The notes under the pieces were generated by a model, which had not been told where the DNA came from, ran no database searches, and was given only the letters and a program-made list of their open reading frames with translations. A stretch of 64,000 nucleotides of DNA, from NCBI GenBank assembly GCA_964551735.1, contig CAZKEF010000025.1, positions 10,595 through 74,594 of the forward strand. Direction: 5' to 3'. Below are positions 50,825-60,858 of the stretch, in pieces; position 1 is the stretch's first letter; each line of letters begins with the position of its first letter. The stretch is from an uncultured Anaerolineales bacterium. Its GTDB lineage: Bacteria > Chloroflexota > Anaerolineae > CG2-30-64-16. The position numbers and the translations under genes are program-made.

Positions 50825-51913
50825 ATGGTCTCTAAGGCGCTGGTGGTGGGCGCCTACCAACGCAAACTGGAGGAATTGGCCCGCCAGCCCGACATCGAGC
50901 TGATTGCCATAATGCCATCCTGCTGGCGCGAGGGCCATAACGTGCTGCCGCTGGAACGCGCACACACCCATGGCTACGACCTGATCGTCGCGCCGCTAGT
51001 ATTCAACGGCCAGTTTCACCTGCACTTCTACCCCACTCTAGGCCATCTGCTCAATAGCCTCCGCCCCGACGTGCTGCACATGGACGAGGAGCCCTACAAC
51101 CTGGCTACCTGGCACGCGCTGCGCCTGGCCACGGTCAAGGGTGCGGCCAGCCTGTTCTTCACCTGGCAAAACCTGCATCGCCGCTACCCCTGGCCGTTCA
51201 GCCATTTTGAACAGGCCAACTATCGGCGGGCAGCCTATGCCATCGCCGGCAACCGCGACGCAGCGCGGGTGATGTGCGACAAGGGGTACCGCGGCTCAGT
51301 GGCGGTCATCCCCCAGTTCGGGGTGGATCCGGACATCTATGCGCCCGCAGCGCCGGCCCCCCGTGAGGAGTTCATCATTGGCTATGCCGGCCGCCTGGTG
51401 CCCGAAAAAGGCATCGCCGTACTGCTTGAGGCTTGCGCGCGTCTACGGATCCCCGGCTGGGCGCTACATCTGCTGGGCGACGGACCGGCGCGCGGCCAGT
51501 TCGAAAGCCTGACCGCAGCGCTGGGCATCGGCGAACGTGTGCGATTCCTTGGCCGCCGCCCCTCCACACAAACGCCCAGCTTCTACCGGAGCCTGGATGT
51601 CCTCGTCCTCCCTTCGCTGAGCCAACCCAACTGGGTGGAGCAATTCGGCCGGGTGCTGGTGGAGGCGATGGCCTGCGGGATCCCTGTCATCGGCTCTGAC
51701 AGCGGTGAGATCCCGAACGTGATCGGCGACGCAGGGCTGGTGTGCCCAGAGGGCGATGCCGCTGCGCTCAGCGCTGCCCTGGTGAACCTGGCGCAGGATC
51801 CCGTGCGACGAGCTGCTGTGGGGGCGCAGGGGCGTGCTCGGGTGCTGGCTCACTACACACATCAGCATATTGCCGAGTCCACAGCCCAGGTCTACCGGGA
51901 GATGCTTGCCTGA
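50825..51913 (+). CDS. Glycosyltransferase family 4
   Basis: MVSKALVVGAYQ...; EX7E-type motif IIGYAGRLVPEKG...VLVEAMACGIPVI. 362 aa. Confidence 0.8.
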   Translation: MVSKALVVGAYQRKLEELARQPDIELIAIMPSCWREGHNVLPLERAHTHGYDLIVAPLVFNGQFHLHFYPTLGHLLNSLRPDVLHMDEEPYNLATWHALRLATVKGAASLFFTWQNLHRRYPWPFSHFEQANYRRAAYAIAGNRDAARVMCDKGYRGSVAVIPQFGVDPDIYAPAAPAPREEFIIGYAGRLVPEKGIAVLLEACARLRIPGWALHLLGDGPARGQFESLTAALGIGERVRFLGRRPSTQTPSFYRSLDVLVLPSLSQPNWVEQFGRVLVEAMACGIPVIGSDSGEIPNVIGDAGLVCPEGDAAALSAALVNLAQDPVRRAAVGAQGRARVLAHYTHQHIAESTAQVYREMLA

Positions 51914-52046
51914 AAAATAAATCGCAACAAGGCAAGGACACCGCAATGCTCATAGCGAAATACATTGTCGCTCCGCTGCTTGCAATGATTATGTGTGTTT
52001 GGTCAGGGGTGTTATAATTGCGCCTGTGTACGCAACATCGCGATCC

Positions 52047-53198
52047 ATGCATCACATCGGCCTGAACGCGCATCTGCTCTCACTGACCCAGACCTACCGC
52101 GGGGCTGGGATCAATGGGTACATCTACCAACTTCTGCGGCATCTGCCGCAGGTCGAAGGCCGCGGGCTGCGTTACACGGCCTATCTACACGATCCTGCAT
52201 TCAGCCCCCCAAACGGTCTGGCTGTCCACCGTTCGCGCTGGGACACGCGCAGTCCCTGGCGCCGGATCCTGTGGGAACAGACGCGCCTGGCGGGTTTGAC
52301 CCGTCGCCTGGACCTGCTGCACGGCCTGGCCTTTGCCGCGCCGCTAGGCGCGACCTGCCCGACCGTGATCACGGTGCACGACTTGAGCTTTCTGCGTTTT
52401 CCGGCCGCGTTTCGACCGTTCAACCGGCTGTACCTGAGCCTGGTTACCCGGTGGTCGACACAGCGGGCCGCCCGCGTGATCACTGTGTCCGAAAGCACGC
52501 GGCAGGATGTAATCGCCCTGTGCGGTGTGCCGGCCGAGCGCGTGGTGGCCGTGCCCAACGGCGTGAGCGAACAATTCGTGCCCGCCGAACCGGCCGCAGT
52601 CGCTGAGTTCCGCGCTCGCGCTGGCCTGCCGGAGCGCTTCATCCTGTTCTTGGGCACACTGGAGCCGCGTAAAAATATCACCGGCCTGCTAGACGCGTAT
52701 GCGCTGGCGCGAGAGACAAGCCCTGAACCGCTGCCCAAGCTGTTCATCGCTGGCGGCAAGGGCTGGTACTACGACACCATCTTCGCCCGCGTCGCCGAGC
52801 TCGGGCTGAACGGCGACGTGTCCTTCCCGGGCTTCGTGCCTGGGGAAGAGCTGCCCTGGTGGTATCGCGCCGCCGAAGTGTTCGTCTATCCATCGCAGTT
52901 CGAGGGGTTTGGCCTGCCTGTGCTGGAAGCCATGGCGTGCGGCACGCCTGTCATCACATCCGATGCTTCTTCGCTGCCCGAAGTGGCCGGAGATGCGGCC
53001 GTGCTGGTGCGACCGGAAGACACCAGGAGCCTGGTTGACGCTTTGCTGTGCGTGCTTGCCGACCCACAACAGCGCGCCGCAATGCGCATGGCGGGCCTGC
53101 ATCAAGCCGCACGGTTCTCGTGGTCACGCACTGCCACAGAAACGATCGCTGTCTATCGCGCCGCGCTGGAGCTGGTGCCTCAGGGAGATCCGACATGA
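52047..53198 (+). CDS. Glycosyltransferase family 4
   Basis: MHHIGLNAHLL...ILFLGTLEPRKN...FEGFGLPVLEAMACGTPVI. 383 aa. Confidence 0.8.
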   Translation: MHHIGLNAHLLSLTQTYRGAGINGYIYQLLRHLPQVEGRGLRYTAYLHDPAFSPPNGLAVHRSRWDTRSPWRRILWEQTRLAGLTRRLDLLHGLAFAAPLGATCPTVITVHDLSFLRFPAAFRPFNRLYLSLVTRWSTQRAARVITVSESTRQDVIALCGVPAERVVAVPNGVSEQFVPAEPAAVAEFRARAGLPERFILFLGTLEPRKNITGLLDAYALARETSPEPLPKLFIAGGKGWYYDTIFARVAELGLNGDVSFPGFVPGEELPWWYRAAEVFVYPSQFEGFGLPVLEAMACGTPVITSDASSLPEVAGDAAVLVRPEDTRSLVDALLCVLADPQQRAAMRMAGLHQAARFSWSRTATETIAVYRAALELVPQGDPT

Positions 53199-54622
53199 AA
53201 CAGGATTTCCGAAAATGGATGCCCTGGGTCACCCTGGTGACCGACATCGTGCTGATCAACATCGCTTTCCTGATCGCCTATTGGCTCAGGTACGATCTAC
53301 AGCTTTTCCGCTCGGTGGACCCGGCAAACAACGTCCCCTACGCGGTCTATCTGCCGCTGGTAGGCCTGTTGACGATCGTGCTGGTGCTGGCCAACCGCCG
53401 CGAGGGGGCCTACGATGTCCGTCGGGGCCGGCCCTTGTTCGATGACATCTATGGCGTGATCAACGCGACCACACTGGCCATCATGTTGTTAGTAGTGCTG
53501 GTCTTCTTCTACCGGCGGCTCTTCTACTCACGCATTATCTTCATCTACGCGGGCCTGCTCATCGTGGTGCTGCTCAGCCTGGCGCGCGTGATCCGATCCA
53601 TGGCCCTGAACCGCCTGCGCCAGGCCGGCAAAGGGGTTGATCGGGTACTCATCATCGGCGCTGGCGAGGTGGGCCGCACGGTGATGCGCAACCTGATCGC
53701 TCAACCCGACCTGGGCTACCGCGTCATCGGCTTTCTGGATGACAACCCGGCCAAAAGCGACACCGACATCGGCCCCATCAAGGCCTTTGGCCCTGTCGAA
53801 GACCTGCCCCAGGTGATCCGAGAGAATGCGATCGACCAGGTCATCATCACCTTGCCCTGGCAATATCACCGCAAGATCATCCGCCTGGTGAGCGAGGCTG
53901 AACAGACCGGCGTGCGCGCCCGGGTGGTGCCCGATCTGTTCCAATTGAGCCTCGGCGGGGTGGATGTGGAGGCCATCAACGGCATTCCCTTGATCAGCAT
54001 CAAGCAGAGCGCACTCACCGGTTTCAATCAAACCATCAAACGAACGGTGGATCTTCTGATCGCGGGCCTGGGGATCGCCCTCCTGACCCCCGTCTGGCTC
54101 ACCGCCGCTATTGCGATCAAGCTGGATTCTCGCGGCCCAGTATTCTTCCGCCAGGAACGCGTGGGACGCGGGGGGAAGCGGTTCATGGTTTACAAGTTCC
54201 GCTCTATGTATGTGGATGCGGAGGCACAGCTCGAGAAGCTCCGCGCCCAGAACGAAGCGGCAGGACCCCTGTTTAAGATGCGGGACGATCCGCGGCGCAC
54301 GCGCGTGGGCCGCTTCATCCGCAAAACCAGTATTGACGAACTCCCACAACTGATCAACGTGATGCGCGGCGAGATGAGCATCGTCGGCCCACGGCCAGGG
54401 CTGCAAAGTGAGGTGGATCAATACCAGGATTGGCATCGCAAACGGCTCGAAGTGCAACCCGGCATCACCGGCCTCTGGCAGGTCAGCGGCCGCAGCGATC
54501 TGACTTTTGACGAAATGGTCATGCTCGACATCTATTACGCTGAAAACTGGACTCTAGGGCTCGATTTGCGCATCATCCTGCGCACCGTGCCCCAGGTGAT
54601 CTTCGCAGAAGGCGCTTACTAG
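53195..54622 (+). CDS. Polyprenyl-phosphate glycosyl-1-phosphate transferase (WbaP/bacterial sugar transferase family; initiating enzyme)
   Basis: N-terminal TMs, Rossmann motif [13 protein letters not shown], and the C-terminal sugar-transferase domain ...[22 protein letters not shown] overlap with the upstream GT4 gene. 475 aa. Confidence 0.85.
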   Translation: MKQDFRKWMPWVTLVTDIVLINIAFLIAYWLRYDLQLFRSVDPANNVPYAVYLPLVGLLTIVLVLANRREGAYDVRRGRPLFDDIYGVINATTLAIMLLVVLVFFYRRLFYSRIIFIYAGLLIVVLLSLARVIRSMALNRLRQAGKGVDRVLIIGAGEVGRTVMRNLIAQPDLGYRVIGFLDDNPAKSDTDIGPIKAFGPVEDLPQVIRENAIDQVIITLPWQYHRKIIRLVSEAEQTGVRARVVPDLFQLSLGGVDVEAINGIPLISIKQSALTGFNQTIKRTVDLLIAGLGIALLTPVWLTAAIAIKLDSRGPVFFRQERVGRGGKRFMVYKFRSMYVDAEAQLEKLRAQNEAAGPLFKMRDDPRRTRVGRFIRKTSIDELPQLINVMRGEMSIVGPRPGLQSEVDQYQDWHRKRLEVQPGITGLWQVSGRSDLTFDEMVMLDIYYAENWTLGLDLRIILRTVPQVIFAEGAY

Positions 54623-54655
54623 ACCCCATTCCACCCTGAAACGGAGGACAGCAAC

Positions 54656-55837
54656 ATGCTCTCCCTTTCCGCCACCGATACCGAGGGCCTCATCCGGCTG
54701 GCGCAAGGCTTGATCCGGACACCCAGCCTGCCCGGCGAAGAGGCTGCCGTAGCCGCGTTGCTGCGCGAGGCCATGCAGGAAAGCGGCTTTCAAGAGATCT
54801 GGACCGATCGTGCTGGCAGCGTCGTCGGCCGGTACGGCGCAGGCCGTGGCCCAAAATTGCTCATCGAAGGCCACATGGATGTTGTCGCCATCGGCAATCG
54901 CAACGCATGGACGCACGATCCCTTGGGCGGCGAAATCGAGAACGGCTACCTGTACGGCCGGGGCGCGACTGACATGAAGGCGGCGCTCGCGGCCATGGTC
55001 TACGCCGTGAAACATCTGACTGGGACCGGTGCCGCGCTGAACGGCGACCTGTACGTGGCGTTCGTCGTGCAAGAGGAGCCATGTGAGGGCATGGCCACCC
55101 GTGTACTGATCGAAGAAGAAGGGCTCCTGCCCGATTTCGTCATCCTGGGCGAGCCCACAAACCTGGGCCTCTACCGCGGCCAACGCGGCCGGGTCGAGTT
55201 GCAGGTCACAACGCACGGCCGGGCCAGCCACGCAGCGCTGCCGCAAGAAGGCGTCAATGCGGTGTTGCTGGCGGCGCGGCTGCTCTTCGGCATCGACCTA
55301 CTAGGGACGCAGCTATTGGCCGATCCGCTGATGGGCCAGGGCAGCGTGGCCGTCACACACATCGAAAGCTCGGCCAGCAGCCTGAATTCGATCCCGGACC
55401 GCTGCGCGTTCATATTGGACCGGCGGTTGACCCTCGGCGAGACGGAAGCGCGCGCCATCGCCGAGGTGCAACAGGTCATCCGCCGCGAGGGCGTACGTGC
55501 CGACATCGCCACCCTGGAATATCAGCTTGCCACCTATACGGGCTATGTGGCTCACGGCCGGAAATATTACCCACCCTGGCTGCTGCCGGAAGACTCACTT
55601 CTGGCCCGGCGGGCCGCCCGTGCGCTGGAGAGAGCGCTGGGCGCTCCCCCGCGCACGGGGCTATGGCCGTTCTCCACCGACGGGGCCTACACCATGGGTG
55701 TGGCTGGCATCCCCACCATTGGGTTTGGGCCGGGTGACCCGGAACGCGCACACACGGCCGATGAGGCCGTGCGCGTCCTTGATATCGTTGCTGCGGCCCA
55801 GGGCTACGCCCAGCTTGCAGTCGAATTCCTAAAATAA
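54656..55837 (+). CDS. M20-family metallopeptidase/deacylase (ArgE/DapE-like)
   Basis: HMDVV...GRGATDMK...E(E)... 393 aa. Confidence 0.75.
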   Translation: MLSLSATDTEGLIRLAQGLIRTPSLPGEEAAVAALLREAMQESGFQEIWTDRAGSVVGRYGAGRGPKLLIEGHMDVVAIGNRNAWTHDPLGGEIENGYLYGRGATDMKAALAAMVYAVKHLTGTGAALNGDLYVAFVVQEEPCEGMATRVLIEEEGLLPDFVILGEPTNLGLYRGQRGRVELQVTTHGRASHAALPQEGVNAVLLAARLLFGIDLLGTQLLADPLMGQGSVAVTHIESSASSLNSIPDRCAFILDRRLTLGETEARAIAEVQQVIRREGVRADIATLEYQLATYTGYVAHGRKYYPPWLLPEDSLLARRAARALERALGAPPRTGLWPFSTDGAYTMGVAGIPTIGFGPGDPERAHTADEAVRVLDIVAAAQGYAQLAVEFLK

Positions 55838-55855
55838 CAGGCGCCGTTTCCTAGG

Positions 55856-57010
55856 ATGATGGCTTACAGCTTACCACGCATCACCATCCTCAGCGCGGAT
55901 TCAGGCGGTGGACATCGCGCGGCCGCGGCGAGCCTGACCGAGGCACTGGCAGGCCGCGCGCACGTTTCCTGCATTAGCCTCTTGGATGACTATGCGCCTT
56001 TCCCGTTCAATATCTGGTCCGACTTGTACGGCCCGTTTGTGAACCTCACGCCCCAGCTCTACCGCGCGCTATATGACTACGCCGGTTCACGAGCCCGGTT
56101 GCTGCGCACAACACGCGCTGTCTACCCCCTGGTGCGCCGGCGCCTTACAGCAGCCCTGGCAGCAGAGCGCGCCGACCTGGTGATCAGCGTCCATCCGCTG
56201 CAAACCGACATCGTGCATTGGGCCCTAACCGATTGCGGCCGCCGTGTCCCGTTCATGATCGTCGTCACCGACCCGGTGACGGCGCCGGCTGCCTGGTTCT
56301 GCCCTGAGGCGGATTGTTGCATCGTAGCCACCGAGCCGGCACGCATCATGGCGCTGGCGTGCGGTGTGCCCCCGGAACGGGTGCGCACCATCGGGCTGCC
56401 CATCCGCGCCGCGTTCGCCGCCGCGCAGGGCCGGCCGAAACCTGAAGTGCGCAGCGAACTCGGCCTGCCAGTTGATCGGCCGCTCGTTCTGCTCACCGGA
56501 GGTGGCGCCGGCATCGGCCGCATCGCGATGCTGGCACGCGCGGTAGCACGACAGCTGGCGCATCATCCGGCCGCGCCACAAATGGCGGTCATCACCGGCC
56601 GCAACGTGGGCCTAAAACGCCAGCTGACGGCCGAAAGCTGGCCGCTGCCGTTGGCAGTGCTGGGCTTCGTGAACAACATGGCCGATTGGCTGGCCGCCAG
56701 CGATTTGCTGATCACGAAGGCCGGTCCCGGCACTCTGGCCGAAGCTGCCTGTCTCGGCGTACCCGTGATTATCACCGACTTCATCCCCGGCCAGGAGAAC
56801 GGCAACGTGGCCTGGGTGAAGGACAACGGCGCGGGCCTCTTTGAGCCCAACCCGGCGCGCGTGGCTGCGCTGGCAACCGAACTGCTGCGGCCCGGTGCAA
56901 CGGCGCTGGCGCAGATGTCCCAACGCGCCCACGCCATTGCCCGCCCCCAGGCCGCGGCCGAGATCGCTGATGCAGCGTTGGCGTTAGTACATGCGCCGCA
57001 GCACACGTAA
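55856..57010 (+). CDS. MGDG-synthase-family (GT28) diacylglycerol glycosyltransferase-like
   Basis: N-terminal ITILSADSGGGH (UgtP/MGDG-synthase signature); C-terminal GT-B half ...LITKAGPGTLAEAACLGVPVI. 384 aa. Confidence 0.7.
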   Translation: MMAYSLPRITILSADSGGGHRAAAASLTEALAGRAHVSCISLLDDYAPFPFNIWSDLYGPFVNLTPQLYRALYDYAGSRARLLRTTRAVYPLVRRRLTAALAAERADLVISVHPLQTDIVHWALTDCGRRVPFMIVVTDPVTAPAAWFCPEADCCIVATEPARIMALACGVPPERVRTIGLPIRAAFAAAQGRPKPEVRSELGLPVDRPLVLLTGGGAGIGRIAMLARAVARQLAHHPAAPQMAVITGRNVGLKRQLTAESWPLPLAVLGFVNNMADWLAASDLLITKAGPGTLAEAACLGVPVIITDFIPGQENGNVAWVKDNGAGLFEPNPARVAALATELLRPGATALAQMSQRAHAIARPQAAAEIADAALALVHAPQHT

Positions 57011-57066
57011 CCTTGCCGCACCATGCGCATCAAAGCAGCTTGTAATCATGAACAAGGAGAACGTCA

Positions 57067-57492
57067 ATGACTACCGCTAACATTACATGGGTTGAAGGGA
57101 TGCAATTCGTCGCCTCGGGCGACTCGGGCCATGCCATCGTCATAGATTCATCCGCCGATGTGGGCGGGCACGACAGCGCCGCGCGCCCCATGGAAGTCTT
57201 GTTGATGGGGCTGCTGGGCTGCACGGCTATGGATGTCATCAGCATTTTGAAGAAGAAACGCCAGCCAGTTCAGGGCTTCAGAGTTTTCGCCACAGGCGAG
57301 CGCGCCCCTGAACATCCCAAGAAATACACCAAGATCCACCTGGAATACGTGGCCTACGGCGATGTGGATCCAAAGGCGCTGGCGCGCGCGGTCGAGCTCT
57401 CGGAGACGACCTATTGCGGCGCGATCGCCACCGTGCGCGGCGTCGCCGAGGTCACATCTAGCTATCGCGTCGAGCCGGTTGCTGCCGGTTGA
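57067..57492 (+). CDS. OsmC-family peroxiredoxin-like protein
   Basis: ...ELLMGLLGCTAMDV...ETTYCGAIATV. 141 aa. Confidence 0.8.
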   Translation: MTTANITWVEGMQFVASGDSGHAIVIDSSADVGGHDSAARPMEVLLMGLLGCTAMDVISILKKKRQPVQGFRVFATGERAPEHPKKYTKIHLEYVAYGDVDPKALARAVELSETTYCGAIATVRGVAEVTSSYRVEPVAAG

Positions 57493-57506
57493 TCTCGGGG
57501 CAAGCG

Positions 57507-58085
57507 ATGGCAAAAACAGGTAAGCCGCGCAACCGCGATCAGAGGCAGCGGCCACTCGCGCTGGGCCTCCTGATCGCCCTCAGCCTGTTGCTCATGGCGG
57601 TTGGCGCCTGGCTCGTGCTAGACCAGCGGCAGCAGGTGGCGGAGCAAGCGCAACCCGCAGCCGCGACAGCCGCGCGGCAGGCCCCCGATTTTGTGCTGCA
57701 AACGGCCGACGGCGCGACCGTCCGGCTGAGCGACTTGCGCGGCAAAGTGGTGCTGCTCAACTTCTGGGCCACCTGGTGCCCGCCGTGCAAAGCCGAGATG
57801 CCGGATTTGAACGCGCTGCACGAAGAACATGGCGCCACGCGTGACTTCATGGTGCTCGGGATCAACATGGAGGAAAGCGCGGCCGAGGTCGCAGCTTTTG
57901 CCGGGCCGCGCAAGTTGACTTTCCCGCTGCTGCTCGACCCCGATGGGACGGTGTCAAGCGGCCTCTATGCAATCCGGTCGCTGCCGACGTCGCTGATCAT
58001 CGATCGCGAAGGCAACATTCGTGACTCCTGGATGGGGCAAATCAGCCGCGAGGCCATGGAGGCGCGGCTCCAGCAGGTGTGGTGA
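57507..58085 (+). CDS. TlpA/ResA-family thiol-disulfide oxidoreductase (membrane-anchored thioredoxin-like)
   Basis: TM LALGLLIALSLLLMAVGAWLVL, then FWATWCPPCKAEMP. The start (57507 versus 57489) is uncertain. Confidence 0.8.
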   Translation: MAKTGKPRNRDQRQRPLALGLLIALSLLLMAVGAWLVLDQRQQVAEQAQPAAATAARQAPDFVLQTADGATVRLSDLRGKVVLLNFWATWCPPCKAEMPDLNALHEEHGATRDFMVLGINMEESAAEVAAFAGPRKLTFPLLLDPDGTVSSGLYAIRSLPTSLIIDREGNIRDSWMGQISREAMEARLQQVW

Positions 58086-58114
58086 GGTAGTACAGAATCG
58101 CTGCTCGCTGCCGT

Positions 58115-58176
58115 GGAATCGAGGCTTTCAGCCGGTTTCTCGCGTCACCCACCTGACCGGCTAAAACCTCGACTCC
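58115..58176. repeat. 62 bp hairpin repeat element (MITE/REP-like), copy C
   Basis: GGAATCGAGGCTTTCAGCCGGT-N19-ACCGGCTAAAACCTCGACTCC, immediately 3' of the tlpA-like stop. Confidence 0.75.
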
Positions 58177-58247
58177 AGGCACAAAACCTTCTATCTGTCG
58201 ACAGCCCGAACTGGGAGGCAGCCAACTGCAACGCCCGCTGTTTGACA

Positions 58248-59498
58248 TCAGGCAGCACTTGCCGCCATGCGATGCCGGCGGCGCATCATCCCTAACACCC
58301 TGGGCATGGCGACTGTGTAGGCCCAATACAGCGGCCGGCTGACCGGGTAGTCCCAGGCGCCGATGTGCGGCTCAAACCTCCCGCCAAACCCCTGCTTGAA
58401 GCGATACACGCCCCACATGGGATCGTTTTCATCCAGCACATCGGGCGCGCCCCACCAGTCATAGCGAGTGCAGCCAGCGGCCTTCGCCCAGCGCATAGCG
58501 GCCCATTGCAAGGCATGGTTCGGCATCAGGTCACGGCTCTGCGTGGTGGATGCACCGTAGAAATACCATGCGGTCGGCCCGAAACGGAACAAGATCAGCC
58601 CGGCGACCGGCAGCCCCGCTACCTCGGCCAGCAGCAGATGCGCAGTTCCTTCGGCCATGAATCGGGCCCAAATCGTCCGGTAGTACTCGAATGGCCGCAC
58701 CAGGAAGCCATCACGGCTGCCGGTCTCCTGGTACATGGCATAAAACGCCTGCAGATCATCGCCCATACCCGGCCGCACGACGACTCCGCGCCGCTCGGCC
58801 AGGCGGATGTTGTAGCGGCACTTGGGCTTCATAGCGGCCAAAAGTGCATCCTCGTCCGCGGCCAGGTCGGAGACTACCGTGTTACGAAACTGGATCTGCT
58901 CGGCTGAGGGCTGCCAACCGCGGCGGGCCAACAGCGCGGCGACCGCCTGGCCCATCGGCATGTCGCTGCGCACGTCAGGATCAATCTTAACGAAAATGGC
59001 GCCTACGCGCCTGGCTTCTGCCTCCAGGCGCCCGAGCATCGCGTCGGCCAACCCGCTATCCGACCAATCCAGGATCGGCCCTTTGGGCACGTAGCCGACG
59101 GCCAGAGGGAGGAGTGCGGCTACGCGTCGCACCAGCAGCGCGGCTGCCGCCAGGGGACGCCCGACCGCCGGTGGTCTGCTCGTGCCTTCAGCGCTAAGAA
59201 TGCTCCTGTGCGAAGCTGGATTCGAGGCTTCAGCCGGTCTGGTGCTCAATGGGAGAAACCGCCTGAAAACTCGGTTCCGGTCGCCCACAGCTTCATGCGC
59301 GATGGCGATGCACACCTCCTGGTCCTCTGCCTCACAGATCAACAACCGCTTTGCCCACCAACCGGTTTGCGACTTGAGCTCGCCCCAGGCCCAGCTTTGC
59401 AAAACATGAGCGCCTGGCAGCCCCAGTAGCGCATTGTCCCAACCGGTTTGCAAAGCGATCTCCATGCAGTTCGACGTAGCCATGATGTCAGTTACCAT
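58248..59498 (-). CDS. FemAB-family peptidyltransferase paralogue A (carries an in-frame repeat-element insertion)
   Basis: Roughly 60 % identical to paralogue B over long motifs (YVPKGP, MKPK.RYNIRLAER.GV.VR, NLMPNHALQWAAMRWA, WGVYRFKQGFGGR). An extra low-complexity segment, about 50 aa (GDRNRVFRRFLPLSTRPAEASNPASHRSILSAEGTSRPPAVGRPLAAA), is absent from B. The start (59498 versus 59483 versus 59543) is uncertain. Confidence 0.7.
   Translation of the reverse strand: MVTDIMATSNCMEIALQTGWDNALLGLPGAHVLQSWAWGELKSQTGWWAKRLLICEAEDQEVCIAIAHEAVGDRNRVFRRFLPLSTRPAEASNPASHRSILSAEGTSRPPAVGRPLAAAALLVRRVAALLPLAVGYVPKGPILDWSDSGLADAMLGRLEAEARRVGAIFVKIDPDVRSDMPMGQAVAALLARRGWQPSAEQIQFRNTVVSDLAADEDALLAAMKPKCRYNIRLAERRGVVVRPGMGDDLQAFYAMYQETGSRDGFLVRPFEYYRTIWARFMAEGTAHLLLAEVAGLPVAGLILFRFGPTAWYFYGASTTQSRDLMPNHALQWAAMRWAKAAGCTRYDWWGAPDVLDENDPMWGVYRFKQGFGGRFEPHIGAWDYPVSRPLYWAYTVAMPRVLGMMRRRHRMAASAA
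59218..59278. repeat. 61 bp hairpin repeat element (MITE/REP-like), copy D, inside the femAB-like paralogue A and translated in-frame
   Basis: GGATTCGAGGCTTCAGCCGGT-N19-ACCGCCTGAAAACTCGGTTCC. The minus-strand ORF reads through without a stop. Confidence 0.75.
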
Positions 59499-60636
59499 CG
59501 GTCCGGCCGCGGCGGACGCGCAGCGCCAGGCGATAGAGTCCATACCCTACGCGCGATAAGGGCAGGTCCCATGCGCCGGTGTAACGCACCACGCGGCCTC
59601 CAAAACCCTGCTTAAACCGGTACACGCCCCACAGGCCGCCCTCACCCCAACTTTCAGGCTCGGCGTAGGCCGCCGGGTTCGCTCCAACCTCGTCGGGAAT
59701 GCCCCACAGATCGTAGATTGTGCAGCCCCGCGCGCACGCCCAGCGCATCGCTGCCCATTGCAACGCGTGATTGGGCATCAGATTCCGCCCCTCATCGGCC
59801 GATGCGCCCCACATATACCAGGCGCTGCGGCCCACGGCAAAGACCGCAATGGCCGCCAAGAGCCTGCCCTCGGCTTCCGCCAGTAGCCAGGTCGCCAGCC
59901 CGGCCGACACGAACAACTGACTGGCAAGGGCGTAATACGCGGCGCTATGCACCGCAAACCGGTCGCGCAAACCGGTCGCGCCCATTAGCTCCTGGATAGC
60001 TGGCAGATCGTCCAATCCGCCGACGCGTACTCTAACACCCTTCCGTTCTGCAAGCCGAATGTTATAGCGCCACTTTGGCTTCATGCGCGCCAGGAGCGCT
60101 TCTTCGTCGCCGGTCAGGTCTATGTGGATGGTGCTGAGCGGTTGGACGCGCTGCGAGCTGGGCCGGAAGCCGAGGTTCGCCAGTTGCGCGGCCAGTGCAG
60201 GCGTGTCGAGTTGCTCAGGCTCGATCTTGAGCAGCGCAGCGCGCTGCTTGTGCGCGGCCTCGCGCGCCATCGTCAGCACGGCCCGTGCCTGGGTCGGATC
60301 AGTCCAGTCCACGGCCGGGCCTTTGGGCACATAGGCCAAAGTCTGGCCCCATGGCAAGCGGCGAAACAGGATGCTGGCCCCGCCCAAGATCGGTGCATCA
60401 TCACGCGGGATAGCCCGCAGAATGACGCGCTGGCTGCGCCAGCCGAATTCGGCCTTAAGCCGCGCCCAGCGGCTGGTTTGCAGCACATGGCCATCCGGAC
60501 ATTCAGCCAGAAATGTGTCCCATGCCGCATCCGCGTCCACATCTGCTGCCGGCACATAGCTTGCGCGCGCCGTCACCCACACGTGTTTGGGTTCGGGAAC
60601 TTCAGAATATAGCTTCTCCAGATCTGTGGGCATCAT
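59488..60636 (-). CDS. FemAB-family peptidyltransferase paralogue B
   Basis: 382 aa; shares the same conserved motifs as paralogue A. Its stop overlaps the start of paralogue A. Confidence 0.75.
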   Translation of the reverse strand: MMPTDLEKLYSEVPEPKHVWVTARASYVPAADVDADAAWDTFLAECPDGHVLQTSRWARLKAEFGWRSQRVILRAIPRDDAPILGGASILFRRLPWGQTLAYVPKGPAVDWTDPTQARAVLTMAREAAHKQRAALLKIEPEQLDTPALAAQLANLGFRPSSQRVQPLSTIHIDLTGDEEALLARMKPKWRYNIRLAERKGVRVRVGGLDDLPAIQELMGATGLRDRFAVHSAAYYALASQLFVSAGLATWLLAEAEGRLLAAIAVFAVGRSAWYMWGASADEGRNLMPNHALQWAAMRWACARGCTIYDLWGIPDEVGANPAAYAEPESWGEGGLWGVYRFKQGFGGRVVRYTGAWDLPLSRVGYGLYRLALRVRRGRTDGN

Positions 60637-60858
60637 GCTCCAACGGACTTACTCAGCGTGCTCGTGTTGGGTTCACATTGCTTGCTCGCCTTCGGCGTCC
60701 ACCAAGATGTCGGCGGCTCAGTGCCCGACGATCGGCGCGCGCCCTGATTATACCCATGTTTGCAGCGTTCGCGGAAACCGTGGTATCATCCGTGTACAGC
60801 AACGTGCCAGGCCTGTGCTTCGGCCTCGCACGTTCATCTCGTTTATGGTGACAGGCAC

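Noticed and set aside
53528-54457. 309 aa ORF antisense to the WbaP-like gene, and 54554-55246
   Set aside because: The sense genes have conserved sugar-transferase and M20 motifs.
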